Part shown: piece after piece, positions 25,701-37,700 of the stretch
How the letters are laid out: each line of letters opens with the position of its first letter
Numbering within the stretch: position 1 is the first letter of the stretch
NCBI GenBank assembly: GCA_951406725.2
Contig: OX597817.1
Location: 161,510,001-161,574,000, forward strand
Source: Octopus vulgaris
Taxonomy: Eukaryota
Direction: 5' to 3'
Length of the DNA stretch: 64,000 nucleotides
Translations under genes and position numbers: made by a program
Notes under the pieces: generated by a model
What the model saw: the letters and a program-made list of their open reading frames with translations, nothing else
What the model was told of the DNA's origin: nothing
Databases searched by the model: none

Positions 25701-28700
25701 TTTGTTAGTCACAGTTCTTTTGTCGTTGTTTGCAACCTTTTCAGTTATTTCCCTCTACCTCCAAAATCTGCCCTGAGTCTGTCCAAGAACTGGTCTTATG
25801 CCTGTGTGTTCTCTGAAATTTTGTCACTGTTTATTTAGTTTAGCATACAGCTTATGCATTTCTTACATGTATATAACATTAACTCCTATCACCAATAAAC
25901 TCAGATAATCAACAAAAACACTACTAAATTCCCAGCTATTAATTCAGTTTGAAGACGGTTCATTATATGAGGAACTTACTTTCAAAATCAGTATAAGTGC
26001 ATGTTTGGTCAATTTCATGATAACCATTAAAACACAATCTGCAAGCTGGCTTCATGCATGTGAAAATTTTTTGGTCAAACTGGGATAGATACCATATAAA
26101 CAGTAGACAAATCTTAGTCTTCCAATCAATATCAGATATATTCAAGTCGTTTCCTCAATTACTCAAAAGTTATTCTGATGTATATATCTGGTTTTGAAAA
26201 TAAGCTCTTCATATATAGACTTGTTTAAGGAAGCATTAATATCTGGATGTAATTGTTTGAAGAATAGAATGCTGTTCTCGAAAATTATCAAGTTCCACAG
26301 AAAAGTTTTTTCATAGCTATAATAAATTTATGTATTACAAGGCGTTTTTCTCACTTTACAATAGAATTAAGGTTGTCTCCCTTCCACTTTTATTGTTTCA
26401 ATAAAATTTTAGTGTACTATGCCACAGTATCCTAAATTTTTAAATATGAAATATCTTTGTTATGAAATGCTCTCAAAATTTTTACTTATAGTTTTGCTAA
26501 CTTTGCATGGAATTTGAACCTTAAACTAAGTAAAGATTAAACATGCATGTTAGTCCTTATAATTAACTATAAGCAATGAATATATCTATTGCAACAGTAT
26601 ATATCATACTGATTTTGCAGATTGTCCTTTAGTGTAACAGCTGAACGATAATTAGATTGTGGTTCGGGTTGTTAAAATATATATATTTGGATTTTAAATG
26701 CATGATAGAATGCAGAAATTTATGTTATGGTTGACTAATTTTAACTGTTTATGACAACTGTATGTTAAGTAGACTAGATGATAACAAGGAGCTCCAAATT
26801 CACCAGTAGGCATACATTTAACTCTGTGTACAGAAACCATTAAATATATATATATACATAAGGAGAGAGTGTTTTGCAGTTAAGATGTTTGCTTCCTCAC
26901 CCACATGGCTTTAGGTTCAATTTGTGCAATGCCTTGGGCAAGGGTCTTCTACTGGCCAATAACTAGTAATTGGTTTTGGTAAATGGAAATTGAAAACCCA
27001 TCGTGTGTATATTTGTACATGAGTGGGATATGCCTGTGTTCATTTATTGCCTTGAGATCAAGCACTGGTTGTAAATGACTGCTGCTGTCATACAAATAAA
27101 TAGTATCACTAGTTTGTAGTCTTCCAAGAAATCATGTTTAGCTGCTGTTCTGTTTTGTGTTCAAAACATTAAGGGAAACACAGCATTATTTAAAAGATTG
27201 GTAGCAGGAAGGGCATCCAGTTATAAAAAAAAAAAAACAAGAAACTTGTCTCAATGAATTTTGTCTGACCTTTGTAAGCATGGAAAGGTGGACATTAAAT
27301 GAACACATCTTGTATTGGGTTTTCTGACCACTTCAAAAAATACTGTAGTAAATAATGGAGTACAGCATAATACCCAATGTTTAGTTATGGTTGCTTCAAA
27401 TAAAGATATGCCTGGTGCCATGTTAATATCATCATGAAATTGGCTGAATGGGTAAAATGGTAATATGTTCAGCTACAAAATATTCTATGAATATATCCTA
27501 CAAATTTTTGTTTAATACTCTGCAATTTTCACTGTACAGTATAACTTAGGTTGTCTCCCTTGCTCTAGTTTTGAACAGAATTTGTTTAATGTTTTTAAGT
27601 GAAAATTTAAATTATACATAAATCAACTGCCAGATTGGTCATATGATGTTATGCACACCCTGGGGTCTGAAATGCTGAGAGAGAATTACTGATAATTTGA
27701 ATAGTGTGTATGTGTGTGTGTTTTTATTCATTATCTGTTCTTCTATGCTAGGTTTGTACAGAGGGTTAGTTGAAGCAGGATTTTCCATCCAGATGCTCTT
27801 CCTCAAGCCAATTCTTCCTGTTTTTCAACTAAGGGATTTCTTTATTACACAAGTTTATGAAAGCACAGGGTGGATAGTCATGACAAACATTAGCACCACT
27901 TTACTAAAATAGTCATATGTGTGAAACTTGAGCATACACAGCTCCTATCACCTGAATTCCTTCATATGGCATTCACCAACCTAAAGTATTGTGCAGCGAT
28001 ATTGAACCTAAAACTATGTAACTTAACCATTCTTATGTTTGCAAATTCACAATAAAATGCTCTGACATTTTTTATCAACAGGTACCAAAGATAATGGTAC
28101 ATTCGGAGACGAAAAATAGAACCATCATAGCAGTTACCTTATTGTGAAAGATTTAGCACCACTTAGCACCAACATAAATAACTTCAGACTAAAGACAGTA
28201 TGATCAATGTTTAAACCTTCCACTAAAACATATATATATAAAATAATCTAGAGATTCAAGCAGGGTGATTAATTGTACAATTTGTAATCAAATATAACTT
28301 CAAAAATAAAATCTGTTTGAAAGCTATGCAAGAACAACTAATTACAATATTTTCTTGTTTTACTTCTGTTTTTTCCTGTTAACTCTGTAATAACTAAATG
28401 ATGCTTCAAATACTACACTTTTAAAGATACTACTGTAAAAGCAATGTAAGTTTTGACTGCATACAGATAAATTTATGTGGTACCCTTAACAGACAAGGAT
28501 GGGTTATACAAATGTGTACTTCTGTGACAACAACTGGAGCATTTGTGCACATCTGGATCCCTCACATCTTTAAAAAATACAAATGACACCAAACTACATA
28601 CACACTTCACACCAAATTTACATTGTCTCCTTCACCAACTTAATGAACAATAATTACACACAAAGAAAACAATATCACACTTCATCCCAAAATATAAACA

Positions 28701-31700
28701 AACCCCGCAAAGTCACAACAGATGCTCAACCTCACCATTATTGATAATAGCATGTCCTTGACACTACAAAGACTGGCCTTTGTATTACTAATAACCCTAT
28801 ACAGTGGATTATAGTTCACACATCTTGGATAACACTGCTTCTACTCAGACATTCAAACCTGATCAAAAAGTAACTAAACTGATTGACAAGCAATTGATTG
28901 TCAACATTCCAATCTCAGGTTTGAATGAGCTGTAATCTCACTCTACCTTTACTATTACAAATGCTCTTCAGCTGGGCTTGAGGAACCCCCATCCACACCC
29001 TCCAAACTCACTCATCTCTCCCTCTTGTCACTGATAGTTTTTCTGCCTTTCCATCAAAACCACACGTTGACCACTTTCCCCAGTCCTTTCTCCCTCTAGA
29101 ATTTCCTAAAAGCTCTAATTCAAGAAAACTACATCTATCTCACCAGTCTTGAAAGGTTTACAAATGCCATGGGCATAAACTGCTCTTTCCAACCAAACCA
29201 TTAGAAACAAACAAAACTTTAGTCAAGCAAATTGAAGCAAGTACTACACTTGGCCAGAATGATTACACACTTTCTTTAGTATCTATAGGTTTCACATCTT
29301 ATTATTTCATAAAAAAGTCCTTTAATTATTTAAAAGTAATATTTAAATATTTTAATTCCCAGGTATGATTTTTTTTTTTAAAGTAAAACATATGGATTAT
29401 GTGATTTATTACATTTACATTACAGTAAAGGCGCATGGCTCAGTGGTTAGAGCGTCGAGCTTACGATCGTGAGGTTGTGAGCTCGAATCCCGGACCGGGC
29501 TGCGTGTTGTGTTCTTGAGCAAGGCACTTTATTTCACGTTGCTCCAGTTCACTCAGCTGTAGAAATTAGTTGCGACGTCACAGGTGCCAAGCTGTATCGA
29601 CCTTTGTCTTTCCCTTGGATAACATTGGTGGCGTGGAGAGGGGAGGCTGGTATGCATGGGCGACTGCTGGTCTTCCATAAACAACCTTGCCCGGACTTGT
29701 GTCTAGGAGGGTAACTTTCTAGGTGCAATCCCATGGTCATTCATGACCGAAGGGGGTCTTTACCCTTACAGTAACACACATTTAAATTCTGATCATCTTT
29801 CAGAATATTTTGTAAGTACATTTAATATTTTACAGGAGATATCCTCACATAACAATCCCCATAAAATTTATGACGGTACCTTGACATTTGTTTTATTCAA
29901 GCGGTTCTGATAGTTAACCTTCTGATGTTTAACAAAATCAATACAAATTTGGAAATGAAATATGCACTTGAAGTATTTTACTCAAAATCCTTTGATGGAA
30001 AATAGACACAAGGTAATAGTTGTGATATTAAGAAGCTGTGCATCTGGAAAGACAACAAAACATTTTTGCCTCAGTGTGCACAACTAACAGAAGTTCATTT
30101 CTACAGACAGAAACTAAAAGTTCATGTGTGTGCACGTGTATCAGCCTCTCCTTGTGATATTACATGATAGTTGTAAAAGAATATATCATCATACAGGCAG
30201 TGTCTGTTTCCAATCTTTTGTGGAAGGAAACATGTCTGTCTATGGAGAAATATTGCCTCACTTGGAAACCTTTGATAGTTGGCAACAGGTAGGGTATCTG
30301 GCCATAGAAATTCAGCTTCAACAACTTCCACCTAACCCATACATGCTTGGGAAAATGGCTGTTAAAATGATAATAATGATGACTGTTGATTGGACATACG
30401 ACTGGAGTAAGGATGAAAGAGTAATGCAGTACTTACCAATGTGACATCTCTTGAAGCTGCTGCTGCACTCATATGAAGACTTGGCTGCCTCACAGTACTG
30501 GTACAATCCAAAGCTCGAGCAAATGTACCAACAGACCTGGTAAACAAGAGTTTTATATTGTGAACCAAAGTGAAAAAAATTCTTGTCTAAATCATAATAA
30601 ACTAGGAGTGGATTCATCAACTCTAGGTGGAGCCAATATTCAATGTCTGCTCTGTGTATTTTTCTTTTTAATCTGTATATTATTTATATATGTATCTACA
30701 TCACTATTTTCACACACGAGAAAACGACTTTACAACCACCCATCATACATATACACATTCTGTAATATAGAATGCTCAATAAACACACATTACTCTCCAA
30801 TAATCTACAACGACTATATTGATCTAAATCATTTCTGTTGTTATTCTAACTTTACCCAGTTATGTTCAGGTTTAATCAGTCATATTGTTCCCAGTACTTC
30901 TGGTAGTTATTTTTATTAATCTCCATTTGTCAAAGCACTTTGTTTAGGCAATAAACAACAAACATATATGCTGAATTTCTACACAGGTTCTCTTCACTAA
31001 ATTTCACAGACAAAGCCTTGGTTAGTCTGAGGCTATAGAAGACACTTGTTAAGAAGGACAAAAAAAATCTTCAAACAATTCATTGCTTGTTTCTCAATCC
31101 CTAACCTGCAACAGTTCAAACTGAATATATAATGTCCTTGTCTAAAGTTAGGTTATGGGTCAAGTGGATGAAGCTATTGTATTAAATGTCTCAACCATTG
31201 AAGTAAGTAATTTGAAACTCAAAATTATTTTTGTGCTTTATGTTATTCATGCTATCAACTCAAAACTTTAACAACGAAAATAGGCAATAGCAAGGTTATC
31301 AAGTGAAAACATCTCATAGATCACATAATAAATAGCCTGACAAGCTAATGAAAGTATTATTATGTAGTCATTGACCATCTACAAATTAGTAGCCACATCT
31401 TCCACATGCAACCCCTCAATGTCTTATAAAAAAGGACACATTGGATAATGTATTCATGGATACATTATGCCTAAATAAAAGAAAGTAATTTCATCACACG
31501 TCTTCTAGATAAGAGTTAACCACAGGTATGTTTAGTCTGGAAGTATTAAACTAAAATATATTCATATATTTCAGAAGAAAAAACCCACTTTGACAACAAA
31601 AAGACTTTCAAACATCAAAAACCTAAATTCCATTAGATATCTGATATATATCAAACCAACATGCCATGTTAAAAGCTGCTGTGTTAGTCAAAGTATGTAA

Positions 31701-34700
31701 TAAATATTAATTAACTGACCAATTATTTAAATACACTAGGACAGACCCAACAAATAGGACTGGGAAAAAAATTCAAAGGGGATCAAAATAGGTAAAATGC
31801 TCAGATTTTAAATTGTCAACAGATACCAAAACTAAATGGCATAAGTGCTGATGACGAAAAATAATACAACATCACGGCATTTACCAAATGGAAAGAATTC
31901 ACTTTTAAACTATAGATTGCTTTTCAATTTAGAAATTGAAACATCTAGTTCAAAGTCCACTCCATATTAGTGCTTATAGCATTTCTGTTAGTTGTTACAT
32001 TCAAAAGAAAGAAGAAAAAAACCATAAAAACATTCAAATTACTATTACTAAATCTGAAACTAGCATAATTTTTTTTTTAAGTTTTGGGGGCAGGGGGTGG
32101 GGTGTTATAAAAATTAAAAATACACAAGGAAAAAATAACTAAGAAACCTTGAGGAAAAGGAATTCACATTGTTGCAATTTCTGACAGTGTACAAGTGTTT
32201 ACCAAGTGAAACCACATCATATCACTGTTTCATTCAGTATTTTGATTTAAATACAAGAAAACTCTGGCCTGGTGTTTTCATAACAAACAAGTGGAAAGAG
32301 AATAAAACTTTTTTTAAAAATAAATTTCAACAGATTGAATTCATCTTCTATAAAATGAGAAATGTGAAAAAAAAAATTTTTTCCTAGAACACAGTAACAT
32401 TTTTGGCTGGCTGAAAAGACCAAGAACACTTTGGACAATTTAGAATAGTTCATTATAAACAAAATTTCTGTAAACCAACCTGGCTAATATCAAAAACTGA
32501 TCAATTTCTTTTGGTGTTAAGGTGTTATCAGGGCCAGGCAGCCAAATTAACTGCTCAAGTTCATCCAAGCTTCTTCCATCTTTTTCACCTATAAACACAA
32601 AAAAAAAAAAAGAAGTTAATTTTACTTCAAATATTTGCTACAATCTCTAAAATATGACACCAGACACCTTCGTCTTATGCTAAAATTATTCTCATTTCCC
32701 ATATCATCACCAACTACCATTTTTCTTGTAAGTACCTGTGTGCAATTCTCATATTACATACCGACATTAATCTTTACAGCACACTCCTGACAAACATAAT
32801 ATAATTTTGTCTCTGAATGTCAATGAAAACTATATGAACAAAACTAATAGAGAAAGAGAAACTACATTAACTAATTACATATTTATCATAAGAGAAAGAG
32901 GCTAGCTGAAAAATGAAAGTATGTAATAATATTAATTAACTGACCAATTATTTAAATACACTAGGACAGACCCAACAAATAGGACTGGGAAAAAAATTCA
33001 AAGGGGATCAAAATAGGTAAAATGCTCAGATTTTAAATTGTCAACAGATACCAAAACTAAATGGTCTAAGTGCTGATGACGAAAAATAATACATCACGGC
33101 ATTTACCAAATGGAAAGAATGATGTACAAGTATTCATTTAACGGCTCCTTTAATAAATAGTCACCATAAACTCTTTATCTTCAGCTATTTCTGGTCCACC
33201 CAAATTGATATTTCATTAGCAGATAAAAATCAAGAAATTAGTTCAAATCATGGTGGTCTAGATTCTAGAAAATTGGAGAGATCAAATTCAAGTTTAAAAG
33301 AATCTTTCCTTCCAAACCCTAATTTTTATAATTAATAGAAACATACAGGTAGTTAATTCTTCTTAGGTGTTACATCTATGTACTGTTCAGTGTATGGTAC
33401 GAGTGTGTGGAAATGAAATACCTACAGGCTTAGTTTAAGATGACCTGACTAACTATTTGATGAAAATATTTATGAAAGCTGTAATAATAAGTCACAGGAA
33501 ACAGAAAATGGAAACTGGGTCAGTAGATACAGAATGGTATTGTAAGTAAACTAACATGGGTACAAAGCAATGCCCAGGTAATATATGTGTGTGCAATGTC
33601 CAGGTATTTAGACAGAACACTTAATATCCATATATTTTCAATCTCACCACTTACTACTTAGTGTTGATAATGTCAGTAAGTTTCTATATCACACTTGATT
33701 ACTATGACTAGCAAATGGATATTGGGATGTATATTACAAGTTTTTGTATTGAATATCTTTCTTTGCACACCATCTAACAACTTCATAATGACACTGTAAC
33801 TGTATACGTAAATTTCTAAACTAGAATAACATATTCATAGAGTTCTGACCAACATCTTGCCTCAACTTCTTCCCAATCATTAGTGAAACAAACTGTCTCT
33901 ATATTTAATTCTAAGTTGTTTCTCTGAAGAACATGCATATAATTATCAATAATGGAAGAAGTTAAGACATATACAAGAAACAGCAAGTGTAGTAATGCCA
34001 ACACTAAACAAAATATTACCTTCTTTAAGTAAAGGAGTAATTTCTGCTTGATATTTTGAACCAACTCGAATTTCACCTTTGTCTGCCAACAATGTTTTCT
34101 GTTGTGGATCATATACTAATGAATAAAAAAATGTATCCTGAAAAGAGAAAATAATTCATCTCAGTGAAAGAACTTTGGTTTTATAAACAAACTTTACTAA
34201 ATTTTGTTACATCAGTAAGAAGTACATAAGCATAAAATATCTTCTATAAACATTGTTGCAATCAACAGATATTAAAAAATATGACAGATTTATACCAGAA
34301 GGTATCACCAATGCCCTCTTCCTAGTCTTTCTAAACTTAGAAAGTCATTAACAAAATCTCCCAGTATGCAGTCTAGCAGTCATTTAGAAAACAAGGAATA
34401 GATGAATGGCTTATACAAAACATGTATGCAATATTGTCAGTTAGGTGAGTTAATGAGTTCAGCAAGGAATATAATAGGCAGGGTGGAGTACAATAGGGAT
34501 TGGTTCATAGTCCTCTTTGTATTACAGTCATTCAAGCCATAAGAATAATTTAACTCTTTAGCATTTAAATTAGCCAGAACCAGTCAAAATATTCTACCCA
34601 GTTTATGTTCAAACTAGCTAGAACTGGCCTTTAACGTCTATCCTGCAATGTCATTCTAAGAATAATCACATCATCAAAATCTGGAAGCTATGAAATAATG

Positions 34701-37700
34701 CACGATTAATTCAAAGCAATGTGAGTATATAGGCATAACGTTTTACAAAGTAATCTGAAAACTAAACGGTTGTTCACAGGAACTTCTGTATGTCAATGGC
34801 TTGGTTTTCATAGTTGAATCAAAGATTTAGAGAAAAAATTTCAAGCTTGGAAGCAAAACTTAGAATTGAGAGGCCCCAAAGTAAACCTAGCAATGACTAG
34901 CTATGCTGAAGAGGTAGGAATCCCAGAGCATACTGATTGTAAACTAGGGTGATACATAGTATAGTGTGATGGTACGAGTGTGTGGAAATGAAATACCTAC
35001 AGGCTTAGTTTAAGATAGGACTGGAAAAAAAATTCAAACTTAAGGGGATTAAAACAGGTAAAATGCTCAGATTTTAAATTGTCAACAGATACCAAAACTA
35101 AATGGTCTAAGTGCTGATGACGAAAAATAATACAACATCACGGCATTTACCAAATGGAAAGAATTCATTGGTATTTTAACTGATATCACTCATGATGTAC
35201 AAGTATTCATTTAACGGCTCCTTTAATAAATAGTCACCATAAACTTCCATAACAACATGGAAATATGAATTTTTAAAAAATGACAATGTCATTTCAGGCA
35301 TAAGCCACCTCAATGATATCTTAATATAACACACCATATTACAAAACATATGCTGCTTTTCAAAGTACAGATCATAAAATACATCTATTTGCTCTACCTA
35401 CTAATTAGTCCTGACTTCTTGTTTAACATAAAGACAACACTCCGACACTCTGGACAACTAACTTCTACCATAGTCTCCAGAGTAAAATTGAATTGACAGA
35501 AACTGTAGTAAAGATCAGACAATGGACTAAATCAGTTCTTGTGTCGGTCAGTTTAAAATCAACACTTGGCCTTTGGGTACCTCTATGACAGACACTAATC
35601 TGGTGCAAATAGTTATTTGAACCAGATCTCCATTCTGATGATATTAAAATCTGACTTCTCTCAAGCCCCTGCAAAAAAGCCATAGATACTGTTTTTCCTC
35701 CTCTGCTCTAACAAGTAGATAGCTGCTAGCTATCAATCATGTATGTCATAGGCTTCATCCCTAAAAAATAAACATTAGCTTGTGCCATTGGGAAAGTATA
35801 CTTTAAAGAAGCTAATCTGTAATTTCCAATTCTTCTCTGATTTCAACCACAACTTATTGGTCACCTTCTCTTTCAAAGAATGTCAAATGGTATTTACAAC
35901 CAACAGCTTGTTTCTTTTCCCAGTAAGAATAAAGTTGATTTGGCTCTCATACCCATATATTCATTATGCAACTTGTTGGGTGGATAGTTTCCAGGAACTT
36001 TATAGATGGCTAGATCATTTGCATCACAAGACCCCCAGAAGCTGTATTATCTCTTCCAGACACACTAGTGCGTATCCTTGCATTCTCTAATGTAACTCAA
36101 CTTTTCCAGCTACAATGAAACCAATCACTAATTTTAAAGTTGTTGTGCACATGAACTCTACAAAACTGACCAAATGAGGTGATTTTCTAATTAGTTCAAA
36201 ACAATGATCCTGACATTTAGATAAATTTGAGGAAAAGAGGAAGAAGTATTAGAAATAAAAATGTTTCTTCATAAACTAAATGGCTTTTAACAAAAAATGG
36301 AAACAGGCAGGTACTGAGGAACATCCTGGTTTACTGAAAAATTGGTCCTTTATTATTAGTTAATTAAGGATTCAATTCCTCACTTTTTCTAAAGGAAATT
36401 AAAACACAACTGTTATGTCCACGACATAGTTGTGCTTGTTACAATATTTCGATTTTAATATATACAGGTAAAAATTTAAAAATTATGAAAAAGGGTGATC
36501 ATGAGTAGGTTGGTTAATGAAAGCATTAAGTTACACATTTACTTCTGAGCACCTAACATATATGTGTTTATTATTCAGTCTTAGAACATTTCTTTGCAAA
36601 TACTGAACATAGTTATCTATTTGTTTATACTCCTTTGCTAATTAAAAAAATTTTGAAGATAATATGCAGCAAGTAAGAAAAAAAAATTGTTTTCACTAGG
36701 TTATAATAGATCTAATATATTGTAATGTTCAAGTCAATAATATTATTTATGGAGTACTTTTCGTTAACAGAAAAACTTTTCAAAGAAATAAGGAAGGTAA
36801 AATGCTCAGACATGCAATTATCAACAAGTACAAAAGTACATTAGCTGATGACGAAAAATACACCATCATAGCATTTACCTATTTTTTTTTTCAATTTTAA
36901 GACAGATTTTTGTCTTACTATTCCAATATTTCAATTTGAAAAGATATGCAAACGATTAATTAATATAGAAAAAAGATGAACTAGTGATGAGATCAGGTTT
37001 AATCTTTCTTTTTTGTTGCAAACTATTTTTCTTCCCTTTTTCAAGACTGAATATTCTTCAAATTCAGATCAATATGTGAATTATAGGTTTCCTAATTTGA
37101 GATTATCATAAATCATTGAAAGAAAATCAGTGTGAAGTGAGAAGATGATACAATGAACAATTTTTTTTATTAAGTTATTAACTATTTTGTCAGTATATTA
37201 AAATGTTTCAATTACTTTTTGAAATAATCATAAATTTAAACTGGTTATATAAAACTATTTCTTATGCTATATTTATTATATTAAAGTGATATTTTAAGCA
37301 ACTTAAGAGTCTAAATTTACGGGAGCATTTTTGTTACAAAACTAATTTCAAGTGAACTTTGAAATCTAAAGTTTTTTGTTTAAATATCACCATATAAAAT
37401 GAGTTATCAGTCAACATTATAATGTAGCTTCACTCATTATATGGATGGCAAAATGAGCTAATTTCATCTAGTTTGTCCTTTTTCCTTTGTTTGCATTTTG
37501 CATAGTGATTAGTCTCAGGTCATTATATGGAACACTTGAGTTGAAATAAAAGAAACAGCCAATGAATTTTGAGACATGATGAGGAGGAAATGGGTGTGAG
37601 GTCTTCTAAAAGTTATGAAAGAGAAATATAATCAAAGTTTTCACACAATTCACTCACTAGAAATCATGTTTATACACAAAGGGTTGAAACAACATAAAAT

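Noticed and set aside
29430-29502. tRNA-like sequence with A/B boxes and a TAC anticodon-like loop
   Set aside because: No proper acceptor stem; it continues into a SINE body and is bounded by a TSD, so it is a SINE head.
31791-36880. Repeated 90-nt units read as a CRISPR array or MITE family
   Set aside because: Eukaryotic intron with irregular kb-scale spacing and no TSD. C/D boxes and an rRNA-antisense guide explain the units better.
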